Shown: positions 55,207 to 64,000 of the stretch, piece by piece
Layout of the letters: each line of letters starts with the position of its first letter
Position numbering within the stretch: the first letter of the stretch is position 1
Source: Bdellovibrionota bacterium
GTDB taxonomy: Bacteria; Bdellovibrionota_C; UBA2361; OMII01
DNA length: 64,000 nt
Reading direction: 5' to 3'
Assembly (NCBI GenBank): GCA_044345405.1
Contig: JBIJBE010000008.1
Coordinates: 1-64,000 of the forward strand
Notes under the pieces: model-generated
The model's input: the letters and a program-made list of their open reading frames with translations, nothing else
Told to the model about the DNA's origin: nothing
Database searches by the model: none
Made by a program: the position numbers and the translations under genes

Positions 55207-55382
55207 GATGTGCCCGGAAAGACTACCCCCGCCGGGATGTTCTAGCAACGATGGCGATCGACTCAAAATCGCATAAAGTCGTTGTGCTAGAGTGGTCTAG
55301 GCGTGTAAAAAAGGGAGCTGACGCCCCCGGCGCCGTGCGGCGCTTCAAGTAAACGTAGGGACGCTCGTTCATCAGGTGATTC

Positions 55383-58118
55383 ATGACTCAAAATCCTTTC
55401 AACGCTCGCAAAGAATTCACGACCGGATCCGGTAAGACCGCGCACTACTTCTCCCTCCCTGAGTTAGAGAAAGCGGGGCTTGGAAAGGTCTCCCGACTTC
55501 CGGTCTCAATCCGAATCGTCCTTGAGTCGGTGCTTCGAAATTGCGATGGCGCTCGAGTTGAGGAGCGAAACGTGCGCGAGCTCGCGGCGTGGCAGCCAAA
55601 CGGCGAGAGAACCTCGGAGGTTCCATTCGTGGTGGCGCGAGTTCTTCTTCAAGATTTCACCGGAGTTCCTCTGGGCGTTGACCTCGCCGCGATGCGTTCG
55701 GCGGTGAAGAGCCTTCAAAAATCTCCAGGCATGATTGAGCCGCTTGTTCCGGTCGACCTTGTCATCGATCACTCAGTGCAAGTCGATTTCAATAATCGAA
55801 ACAACGCCCTTCAGCTCAACATGGAGACCGAGTTCGAGCGTAACGAGTCGCGCTACCAGTTCTTGAAGTGGTGCAAGCAGGCCTTCAAATCGTTCAGCGT
55901 TGTTCCTCCAGGGTTCGGTATCTGTCACCAGGTAAACCTTGAGTATCTCGCACAGGGGACCCTTGAGCGAGATGGCGTCTACTTCCCAGATACACTCGTG
56001 GGAACCGATTCTCACACGACGATGATTAACGGTCTCGGTGTTGTGGGGTGGGGCGTTGGAGGAATTGAGGCGGAAGCGGCGATGCTTGGACAGCCGGTGT
56101 ACTTCCTTACCCCTGATGTCGTTGGATTCCATCTTCACGGCAAGCTCTCGCCAGGTGTTACCGCGACCGATCTCGTTCTTCACATCACGAATGTGCTTCG
56201 TAAGGCGAAGGTGGTTGGTAAGTTTGTTGAGTTCTTTGGTGAAGGCGCTGAGAGCATTCCTGTTACGGATCGCGCGACGATCGCGAACATGGCCCCTGAG
56301 TACGGCGCGACGATGGGCTTCTTCCCTGTGGATGAGCGCACCTGTGAGTACCTCCTCGCGACCGGGCGTTCCCCAGAGCGTGTTGAGACCTTCCGCAACT
56401 ACTATAAGGCGCAGGGGCTCTTCGGCATTCCGAAGAAGGGGGATTGTGATTACTCACAGCTCTTGGATCTCGACCTCTCAACCGTGCAGCCAAGTGTGGC
56501 CGGACCGAAGCGTCCGCAGGACAAGATCGCGTTGTCCGATGTGAAGAAGGCGTTCGGCGATCTGCTTACGCAAGGTCTCCCTGAGGGCGGATATGGAAAG
56601 ACCCCGGCGGATCTGACGAAGAAGGTCTCGGTAACCGTTCCAGCGACAGGGGTAGGAAGCGTCGATGGCGCTACTATCAACACAGATGTTGGAAATGGTG
56701 AGGTGTTTATCGCCTCGATCACCTCATGCACCAATACTTCGAATCCAAGCGTAATGCTTGGCGCGGGACTTCTCGCGAAGAAAGCGGTTGAGAAGGGGCT
56801 TAAAGTTAAGCCGTTCGTAAAGACCTCACTTGCTCCAGGATCTCGCGCCGTGTCGGAATACCTCGCGAAGGCTGGATTGCAGACCTACCTTGATCAACTT
56901 GGGTTCCAGGTTGTCGGATACGGGTGTACGACCTGTATCGGAAACTCAGGACCGCTCGATGGCAAGGTTGAGGAGTGCATCGTGAAGAACGATCTCGTTG
57001 GCGCCGCCGTGCTTTCTGGAAACAGAAATTTCGAGGCTCGTGTGCATCAGAACATCAAGGCGAACTTCCTGATGAGTCCACCCCTTGTTGTAGCGTTCGC
57101 GCTCGCGGGCACTGTGAATATCGATCTCACGAAGGAGGCTCTCGGTAACGATGCATCAGGGAAGCCCGTGTTCCTGAAGGATATCTGGCCAACCACAGAG
57201 GAGATCAACGCCCTCATGCCTCAGGCGTTCAACCCTGAGATGTACCAACGCCTCTACCGTGATGTAACCGCTGAGAATCCCCTCTGGGATAAGGTTCCAA
57301 CCAGCACCGGAGTTGTGTACGAGTGGGACAAGAATTCCACCTACATTCAAGAGCCTCCATACTTCGAGGGCTTTTCGCTCACTCCGAACGGGGGAGAACA
57401 GATCTCGAAGGCTCGAGCGCTCGCAATCTTTGGGGATTCCGTAACGACCGACCATATCAGCCCCGCCGGTTCGATTAAGAAGGATTCTCCAGCTGGTAAG
57501 TACCTCATCAGCCGCGGCGTTGATGTGAAGGACTTCAACAGCTACGGCGCGCGACGTGGTACGCACGATGTGATGGTGCGTGGAACGTTCGCTAACGTTC
57601 GTATCAAGAACCTGATGGTTCCTGGTGTTGAAGGTGGCGTTACAAAGTATCAACCAAGTGGGGAGACGATGCCGATCTTCGACGCCGCGATGAAGTACGC
57701 TGAGAGCTCAACTCCTCTCGTTATATTCGCTGGTCAGGAGTACGGAACTGGAAGTTCGCGTGACTGGGCCGCCAAGGGAACACGACTTCTTGGCGTCAAA
57801 GCTGTTGTCGCCGAGAGCTTCGAGCGAATTCACCGCAGCAACTTGATCGGTATGGGAGTGCTTCCATTCCAGTTCATCAACGGACAGACCGCGAAGTCAA
57901 TTGGACTTACCGGAACCGAGGAGTTCTCGATCCGAGGTCTTGAGAGCGCTGACAGCATTCGACCTGGCAAGGATGTGACACTCGTCGTTACCCGCGCCGA
58001 TGGATCGAGCGTCGACGTGCCGGTTCGTCTCCGCATCGATACGAACATCGAAGTTGAGTACTATAAGCACGGTGGCATCTTGCCGTACGTGTTGCGGCAG
58101 TTGGTGTCGAGGAATTAG
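55383..58118 (+). CDS. acnA: aconitate hydratase A
   Basis: [51 protein letters not shown]. Confidence 0.97.
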   Translation: MTQNPFNARKEFTTGSGKTAHYFSLPELEKAGLGKVSRLPVSIRIVLESVLRNCDGARVEERNVRELAAWQPNGERTSEVPFVVARVLLQDFTGVPLGVDLAAMRSAVKSLQKSPGMIEPLVPVDLVIDHSVQVDFNNRNNALQLNMETEFERNESRYQFLKWCKQAFKSFSVVPPGFGICHQVNLEYLAQGTLERDGVYFPDTLVGTDSHTTMINGLGVVGWGVGGIEAEAAMLGQPVYFLTPDVVGFHLHGKLSPGVTATDLVLHITNVLRKAKVVGKFVEFFGEGAESIPVTDRATIANMAPEYGATMGFFPVDERTCEYLLATGRSPERVETFRNYYKAQGLFGIPKKGDCDYSQLLDLDLSTVQPSVAGPKRPQDKIALSDVKKAFGDLLTQGLPEGGYGKTPADLTKKVSVTVPATGVGSVDGATINTDVGNGEVFIASITSCTNTSNPSVMLGAGLLAKKAVEKGLKVKPFVKTSLAPGSRAVSEYLAKAGLQTYLDQLGFQVVGYGCTTCIGNSGPLDGKVEECIVKNDLVGAAVLSGNRNFEARVHQNIKANFLMSPPLVVAFALAGTVNIDLTKEALGNDASGKPVFLKDIWPTTEEINALMPQAFNPEMYQRLYRDVTAENPLWDKVPTSTGVVYEWDKNSTYIQEPPYFEGFSLTPNGGEQISKARALAIFGDSVTTDHISPAGSIKKDSPAGKYLISRGVDVKDFNSYGARRGTHDVMVRGTFANVRIKNLMVPGVEGGVTKYQPSGETMPIFDAAMKYAESSTPLVIFAGQEYGTGSSRDWAAKGTRLLGVKAVVAESFERIHRSNLIGMGVLPFQFINGQTAKSIGLTGTEEFSIRGLESADSIRPGKDVTLVVTRADGSSVDVPVRLRIDTNIEVEYYKHGGILPYVLRQLVSRN

Positions 58119-58133
58119 AACGACCCGAGATCC

Positions 58134-58223
58134 GGAGGGCGACCATTCCTGGTCGCCGAACTATCGAGCGTCGCAAACGGTACACGCTAATCGCAACGCG
58201 GCGACCAGGAATGGTCGCCCTCC
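58134..58223. repeat. second REPIN-like doublet of the same GGAG REP
   Basis: Identical 25-bp arms to 44821-44912 with an unrelated spacer. Confidence 0.85.
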
Positions 58224-58383
58224 GGGGTTGCGGGCTCGTTTTAAGGTGCAAAAATCACTGGTAAATCCCTGAACTTTCAGGGAGCGTAGGCCACCTGCCT
58301 CGTTCGAATTCCCCTTCAAGTTCCCGCCCATTCCTGCCGACTAACTCCCTGGGATCACAGGGTGTGATCCAGCGATTGGCAGG

Positions 58384-59769
58384 ATGGAACTTATGGAGAC
58401 GATCCTCGTTATCGAAGACGATGCCTCGTTGCGTGAGGTGCTGTGCGCCGTACTGCAAACGAGTGGATTCGATGTCGTGAGCGCGGCAAGCGCTGAGGAC
58501 TCACTTCCTATCTTCTCATCGAAGCATATCGATTGCGTGCTCGCGGACTTCAAGCTTCCGCAAATGAACGGCATCGAGCTTCTGCGGCGGGTTCGTGAGT
58601 TCCTGCCCCACGTCCCGTATGTGCTGATGACAGCGTTCGGATCGGTTGCGGTCGCGGTCGAGGCGATGAAGTGCGGCGCCACCGATTACATCGCGAAGCC
58701 GTTCGAGCCGGCGTCCCTCGCGGTGATGTTGCGAGATGTAATTAAGCACAATCGCATCCTGGATCGCGACGCGGCGGAGCGGGCTAAAAAGCAACGCGCG
58801 TTCCTTACCACCTCTCCTCAGATGGAGAAGATTCTGGCCCAGGCTCGCCATGTAGCCAAGGTCGATAGCTCTGTTCTTATTCTCGGCGAGAGTGGTACCG
58901 GCAAAGAGGTTCTGGCGCGATACCTGCATGATCACAGCCCTCGTCATGATAAGCCGTTTATCGCGGTGAACTGCGCGGCGATTCCGCCAGATCTTCTCGA
59001 GAGTGAATTTTTCGGGCACGAATCGGGCGCCTTCACGGGCGCAACGCAATCTCGTGTTGGGGTTCTTGAACTTGCTTCAGCGGGAACCGTGTTCCTCGAT
59101 GAGGTTGGGGACATGCCGCCGCTCCTCCAGGTAAAGCTCCTGCGCGCTCTGCAAGAACATGAGATCCGTAGAGTCGGAGGGAATAAGCAGATTCGAGTTA
59201 ACCCACGTGTCATCGCGGCGACCAACCGCGATGTTGAGGCGGAGATGCTCTCGGGTGAGATGCGTGATGACTTCTACTATCGGCTCGCCGTGATTACGTT
59301 TAACTTACCACCACTTCGTGAGCGTAAAGAGGACATCATGCCTTTTGTGGAGCGAAGCGTGAAGCACTTCGCGGCGCTTATGGGTAAGGAGGGTGTTGCG
59401 ATCGATCCCGTCGCGCAAGATATGCTCCTGACCTACGCGTGGCCCGGAAACGTTCGTGAGCTTGAGAACGTTGTCGAGCGAGCGGTGATCATGTGCGATC
59501 AAGAGATTCGACCAGAGCACCTCGGTATCTACGTGCGTCTTGATATCGCGGCCATCGAAGAGTCGATTCGCACCCTTCCTGAGATCGCGTCGCAGGCGGT
59601 CCGGCAAGCAGAGGTTGAGGCGATTGAGCGCGCGCTGCACATTACCGGCGGCAATAAATCAAAAGCCGCTGAGATTCTCGGCGTGAGCTACAAGACCCTG
59701 CTCAATAAGGTCAAAGAGTATTCAATTGTGTGTGGGGAGCACCACGACCACAAGGATCTCGAGGCCTGA
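58384..59769 (+). CDS. sigma-54-dependent response regulator (REC-AAA-HTH)
   Basis: Receiver domain, GESGTGKE, GAFTGA, WPGNVREL, Fis-type HTH. Confidence 0.95.
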   Translation: MELMETILVIEDDASLREVLCAVLQTSGFDVVSAASAEDSLPIFSSKHIDCVLADFKLPQMNGIELLRRVREFLPHVPYVLMTAFGSVAVAVEAMKCGATDYIAKPFEPASLAVMLRDVIKHNRILDRDAAERAKKQRAFLTTSPQMEKILAQARHVAKVDSSVLILGESGTGKEVLARYLHDHSPRHDKPFIAVNCAAIPPDLLESEFFGHESGAFTGATQSRVGVLELASAGTVFLDEVGDMPPLLQVKLLRALQEHEIRRVGGNKQIRVNPRVIAATNRDVEAEMLSGEMRDDFYYRLAVITFNLPPLRERKEDIMPFVERSVKHFAALMGKEGVAIDPVAQDMLLTYAWPGNVRELENVVERAVIMCDQEIRPEHLGIYVRLDIAAIEESIRTLPEIASQAVRQAEVEAIERALHITGGNKSKAAEILGVSYKTLLNKVKEYSIVCGEHHDHKDLEA

Positions 59770-59930
59770 GGGTATGCTTATCTGTGGGTGACGTCTCTTG
59801 ACGATGAGGATGCTCGACGACGCTAAAACGTAAACCGAAAACCGTCGACACGTACCGTGATAGGTCACACGGCAACGTCATCGCTTCCCCCTTCGCTAAA
59901 GCTTCGAGGGATAAGCCGGGCGACGACTCT

Positions 59931-60812
59931 CTATCGCCCATCGCTCGGGAAGTGTATGCCCTTCAAAAAGTCGCTAATCAACAATCGCAGCCGCAACCAC
60001 TCAGCCTGACCCAACGACGCCTCATCAATAATCAGATGCTCTTTGAACGGAAACTGTGAGCTTTCCGGACGAACCATCTCGATTCGCCACGAGGGGCTTA
60101 GTTTATGGCGCTCGATCCATCGAGACATCCTCTCAGGAGAGACGATTTCATCGGCTTCATTAAGAACAACCAAGGTGGGGATCGCGGAAAAGCGGTTGAG
60201 ATCGTCGCGACTCTCCATCTCACGATAGAGTGCGAGTGTGTTGGAGTACCAGAAGAGGGGGGTGTAATCGTATCGACGGTATTCCTGAGGGGCGAGGTTG
60301 GGAAACGCCCACGTGATCGGCGGGGGGAGATGCAGAGCTGTGAGTGCGTCGAGCGCGCCTCGAAGGGAGATCGCTGGCGCTAAGAGAACCATCGCTCGTG
60401 GATAGTCCGTCGAAGGAACCGACTCAAGCATTCGCACGAGCGTCAGCCCGCCGAGTGAATATCCCATCACATAGGTTGGCAGTGAGGGAAATCTGGTTCG
60501 AATCTCTTGATACGATTGAGCGACATCGGTAAGCCACACCTTCTCATCAAAGAGTTGAGCCGTCCTTCCGTTGTGTCCGTGAAGGGTGATTCGGTGAACG
60601 TGATAGCCGTTGGCTGCAAGGGTCTCGGCGAGGGGATCCATCGCGCTCGGGCGCAAGTTAAGACCGTGCACAACGAGGAAGACACCCTTTGGTGGATGTT
60701 CGTTGGCGAGAAACCATCGAGAGGATTCTTGCGGTGCGGGTGGGCTCGCGGGGAGAGTCGCGCTACACCCACTCATGACAAAAAATATGAATGCTACGAG
60801 CAGGATGCGCAT
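59931..60812 (-). CDS. alpha/beta hydrolase lipoprotein
   Basis: Lipobox MSGC, VVHGL, GYSLGG. Confidence 0.85.
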   Translation of the reverse strand: MRILLVAFIFFVMSGCSATLPASPPAPQESSRWFLANEHPPKGVFLVVHGLNLRPSAMDPLAETLAANGYHVHRITLHGHNGRTAQLFDEKVWLTDVAQSYQEIRTRFPSLPTYVMGYSLGGLTLVRMLESVPSTDYPRAMVLLAPAISLRGALDALTALHLPPPITWAFPNLAPQEYRRYDYTPLFWYSNTLALYREMESRDDLNRFSAIPTLVVLNEADEIVSPERMSRWIERHKLSPSWRIEMVRPESSQFPFKEHLIIDEASLGQAEWLRLRLLISDFLKGIHFPSDGR

Positions 60813-60901
60813 AACGGTGATTTGAGCACACGTTTCACTTTATTGCGAGATAGCCGTGACGGAGAGCAGGTCACTCTATTCAAGAAGAACGGTGTGAGTT
60901 G

Positions 60902-61180
60902 TTACGCAAGGTCGCGCAATATAGAGACCGCGACCTGGTCCTGATTAGGTTTGTACGATCCGCTCTTCACCTGTTGCTTGAGCTGATCAACTTTGGCTGC
61001 TCTGGCGGATTCAGCGTCCTGAAGAGGAACTCGATTCATCGAGACGATTGCAGCATCGGTGGATACTTGTGACGCGTTTTGCGCAGGAGCGGATTGAGGC
61101 GTAACGGCCTTTGAGGGCGTAACCGCCGGAACCGCGTCGACGTTAGCGGCGAAGAGATTGCTAATCTTTGTGATTCCCAT
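60902..61180 (-). CDS. flgM: anti-sigma-28 factor FlgM
   Basis: R.AKVDQLKQQVKSGSYKPN...VA C-terminal signature; sigma-28-like promoter upstream. Confidence 0.8.
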   Translation of the reverse strand: MGITKISNLFAANVDAVPAVTPSKAVTPQSAPAQNASQVSTDAAIVSMNRVPLQDAESARAAKVDQLKQQVKSGSYKPNQDQVAVSILRDLA

Positions 61181-61304
61181 GTTCTTCTTCCATGACACAT
61201 ACGACAGATGGAGCTGTGACCAAGAGCGCTCACCGTGAGGGTCTTGATCTCGAGCTCGCCATCCATGGCTGAAGTAGACACAGAGTCCTTTCCGTACGCC
61301 CTAT

Positions 61305-61332
61305 GTGTCGACCGGTTCCCGCAAAAACTTTA
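61305..61332 (-). promoter_or_regulatory. sigma-28 (FliA)-type promoter of flgM
   Basis: TAAAGTTT-N12-GTCGACAC versus consensus TAAAGTTT-N11-GCCGATAA. Confidence 0.65.
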
Positions 61333-61473
61333 TAGGAATTTCAAAAAATTAAAGTCAGCCAAAACAGGTGGTTATGGCCCTAGAGGCCCGGCGACTCGAT
61401 CCCTCCCCATCAAAGTCAGCCATTTCAACGGCTTGTGGTATAGAAGCCCGATACCAAGTTGCGAGCGTGAGTT

Positions 61474-61941
61474 ATGAAGATAGTGGTTCTCAGTGTTGGA
61501 AGGGTTCGTCAGCGATTCGTGCTGGACGCTGAAGGGGAGTACCTCCAGCGCATCAAGGGAAGTTTTCAGGTCGAGCTGGTGGAGCTCGGCATGGAGTCTC
61601 CTGAGTCGATGAAGCCGGCGGAGGTTCAGGCGCGCGAGGCTGAGGAAGTTTTGAAGAAGACAAAGAACTACGATTATCTCGTTGTGCTCGATGAGAGAGG
61701 TAAAGAGATGAGTTCAAAGGCGCTCAGTGAATTCGTTCAGACGCGCATGAACTCAGGCGTAAAGAGTGTATGTTTCGTGATCGGTGGCGCGTACGGCTTC
61801 GCCGAAAAGGTTAGACAGGAAGCCGACCTTATCCTATCGTTATCGGCGCTCACATTTCCCCATCAACTGACGAGGATGCTTCTTGTGGAGCAGCTCTACA
61901 GGTCTCACACCTTGATCAAGGGAATCAGTTATCACAAGTAA
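61474..61941 (+). CDS. rlmH: 23S rRNA pseudouridine-1915 methyltransferase
   Basis: LDERGKEMSS, FVIGGAYG, TFPHQL.R.LLVEQLYR, YHK. Confidence 0.96.
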   Translation: MKIVVLSVGRVRQRFVLDAEGEYLQRIKGSFQVELVELGMESPESMKPAEVQAREAEEVLKKTKNYDYLVVLDERGKEMSSKALSEFVQTRMNSGVKSVCFVIGGAYGFAEKVRQEADLILSLSALTFPHQLTRMLLVEQLYRSHTLIKGISYHK

Positions 61942-61952
61942 ACGGTGCGTTC

Positions 61953-62438
61953 ATGGGCAAGATTAAAAAGTTCGCCGAACTCAATATTCGAAAGATTACA
62001 GGCGGGAAAGATCCCGTTCGTGTTGTAGAGGATTTCCTTTCGCGTAAGGGTTTTGATCCCGAGAAGTGTCAAAAGGAGAGAACTCCCGATCTCGCTCGAT
62101 GGATGGTTCAAATTAAAGGGGAAGAGGAACTTGAGATCCTTCTTGAGGGGATTCGCAAGCCCGCTGACTCAACGCTCTACATGGGGCTCAATATTATCAC
62201 CGTTCCGATTCGTGGGGCGCACGACATGCTGGCCGCCGCGCTTGAGATCGCGGATGGACTCGTCGGTATCAAGGTAAGCCTCGTTGGTCACTACCTCGTG
62301 TTGAGTTCGAGTTTGAGCGCGACCGGGTTGACCCTCGAAGAGTTGGATTACAACTACCGCCTCATTGAGGTTCAAGAGGGATGGTTCCGAGAGACCCTCG
62401 CGTCCGAGCTTCAATGGGAAGATGTTGTGGTGGAGTAG
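61953..62438 (+). CDS. hypothetical protein, possibly YbjN/CesT-like chaperone fold
   Basis: Co-oriented 11 nt after rlmH; fold guess comes from the sequence pattern only. Confidence 0.6.
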   Translation: MGKIKKFAELNIRKITGGKDPVRVVEDFLSRKGFDPEKCQKERTPDLARWMVQIKGEEELEILLEGIRKPADSTLYMGLNIITVPIRGAHDMLAAALEIADGLVGIKVSLVGHYLVLSSSLSATGLTLEELDYNYRLIEVQEGWFRETLASELQWEDVVVE

Positions 62439-62620
62439 CGTTCGTCCTCGACGTACGTTACAAACCCAATTCGTCGGAAACCGCTTAGGGCACAAGCTAA
62501 TTCAAACCGTAACGAACAATCGCGAACACCGCTCAATGACATTCCACCAGCGGGCGCCCTCTGAAACGATTGCAATACGTAGTTACTGACCGAAGGAGAT
62601 AGTATAATCGGGAAAGCGTC

Positions 62621-63529
62621 GTGCGCCTCGAGCGCCGCGACACATACATCCCCGTAGGAAGTGCCATGTTACATCCCTTGAATCCCAGTGGTTCTACGCT
62701 CGTCCAGGCTCCCGCAAACGAAGTAATTACGGTGCACCGAGCTGCTTTCGGTGAACGTTGGAACTCCTCCTTCTCAACCCTCCGAAACGATCGTCGTGAT
62801 TGCGTAAAGCCAAACGAGGATCGAGCGATGCTCGACCCCTTCCGCCAAACTATCGTTGTTGCCGATGGCATCACGCGTAGCAAGCAAGCCGATGGCTCGT
62901 ATCCTACCCCGAGCCCGTCAGCGCGAGCCGCTGAGGTTTTTTGTGCGAGTGTGATTGCGCAGGCCTCCGTTACTCCTGAACTCACACGTGAACAGTTCAA
63001 GACTATTATTGAAAACGCGAACGCCGCTATCGCTGAGCTAAATCGGGAACTCTTTCCCGAGTATGATTTCGCCGAACGAGATAGAGCTGGAGTCGCCGCT
63101 GTTGTAGGCGTCATTGACGGTGAGAGTATGTGGCTCGCCTCGATCGCTGATTGTTGGTGTGTTGGCGCCAAGGGAGACGAGACAACTCGGTTAGCGTGGG
63201 AAAAGACATCGCATTCGCGAGCTACGTACGTGCGGCTCGGAGAGGTAAACGCTCGAGAGCAGCTTCGGAATAAACCTGGGAACCCACTTTCCTATGGCGC
63301 GTTTACGGGCGAGCCCGAAGCGCTCCATTTCGTTGAGTACGCCAAGATCGATCTTCGTGACTATGACCGACTTGTGTTCGCTACCGACGGTCTCCTCGCA
63401 ATCCCGAAGGAAGATCCGCTCTCTGTCGCCACGATGCCGGCGATTCAGTTGATGCGATACGGCCTTCTTATGGATAAGACCCATCAAGAGACCGATGACA
63501 AGACGATCGTCGTCCTAGAGCGAAAGTAG
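62621..63529 (+). CDS. PP2C-like protein phosphatase domain protein
   Basis: KPNED, VVADG, FATDG, DDKTIVV metal-binding motifs; start uncertain. Confidence 0.8.
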   Translation: MRLERRDTYIPVGSAMLHPLNPSGSTLVQAPANEVITVHRAAFGERWNSSFSTLRNDRRDCVKPNEDRAMLDPFRQTIVVADGITRSKQADGSYPTPSPSARAAEVFCASVIAQASVTPELTREQFKTIIENANAAIAELNRELFPEYDFAERDRAGVAAVVGVIDGESMWLASIADCWCVGAKGDETTRLAWEKTSHSRATYVRLGEVNAREQLRNKPGNPLSYGAFTGEPEALHFVEYAKIDLRDYDRLVFATDGLLAIPKEDPLSVATMPAIQLMRYGLLMDKTHQETDDKTIVVLERK

Positions 63530-63550
63530 TTTCAGCCTCGACTTTTGTGG

Positions 63551-63982
63551 CTACTTACCCTGTTCCGCTTGCGCCTCAAGCACATCGCTAAAATTTGAGA
63601 TCGATTGGCCCTTAACCGCCGCGATCGAGACGAAGAGTTTCTTCGCGTTCTCAACGTCTCGAATGAGGTAGCGGTATACGGGTCCGTACTCTGGATCGTT
63701 TACCTCTCGGATATCGCTTGAGGAGATCGTGACCTCCTTGGTGAGCGCGTCTGGAGAGATGCCATATCGAATAATAAATCCATCAACCGGCTCGCTCGGG
63801 GTTTCCCACGTCACCTCAATCCCTTGCTTCGGAGCTTCGGGGGCGTGCTGCGCCTCTACGAGTGCCTTCTCCTCAAGGACCTTGGCGGATTCTGACGTAG
63901 GAGATGATGACTGAAAGAGCGAGCACCCGGAAGCGAACAGAAGGGAGATCGACAGGGCGAGAGAGGGGAGCTTCTTTGTCAT
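63551..63982 (-). CDS. lipoprotein with an FN3-like domain
   Basis: Lipobox ASGC; VTWE.P...DGF.IRYG, VSIAAV...S.FS. Confidence 0.75.
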   Translation of the reverse strand: MTKKLPSLALSISLLFASGCSLFQSSSPTSESAKVLEEKALVEAQHAPEAPKQGIEVTWETPSEPVDGFIIRYGISPDALTKEVTISSSDIREVNDPEYGPVYRYLIRDVENAKKLFVSIAAVKGQSISNFSDVLEAQAEQGK

Positions 63983-64000
63983 GTTCTGTCCGTGAACGTA

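Noticed and set aside
38309-59640. Many 60-270-aa ORFs antisense to or overlapping housekeeping genes and tRNAs
   Set aside because: Shadow ORFs expected at this GC content; they lack motifs and overlap well-supported features.
61941-62000. SCC-like island insertion at the rlmH 3' end
   Set aside because: The next gene follows after 11 nt with host-like composition; no recombinase or att repeat.

Overview
Bacterial chromosomal window of moderately high GC (estimated by eye). Gene content and protein style suggest a Gram-negative, flagellated, deltaproteobacteria/Bdellovibrionota-like organism; this is inference only. Two housekeeping blocks flank an accessory island. The left block (1-13016) has topA, a redoxin, DsbD, GT2 and GT90 glycosyltransferases, and rpmH-rnpA-yidD-yidC-mnmE. 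The right block (38327-64000) has MEMO1, two lepB, ygfZ, pyrE, ccmH, cyoE, gpsA, gyrA, mtnN, apt, tadA, five tRNAs, acnA, a sigma-54 regulator, flgM and rlmH. The ~25 kb island (13017-38300) lies after mnmE and contains: (i) a complete integron with intI, attI and at least 7 attC sites, whose cassettes include three toxin-antitoxin pairs; (ii) a second, decayed integron platform nested in the array, with its own attI and cassettes; (iii) three paralogous antisense ORF6N cassettes, two of which share a fixed-spacing alternative-sigma promoter motif with both integrase genes; (iv) a diverged copy of the mnmE 3' end fused to an IS91 remnant, with a second IS91 end beyond the array; (v) an IS1111-group IS110 element whose bridge-RNA guides match its own insertion site; (vi) two large secreted proteins sharing an N-terminal domain I do not recognise but carrying different C-termini; (vii) a 148-bp sigma-E-type promoter module repeated near both island ends. 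All alignments and motif calls were made by eye; no searches were run.
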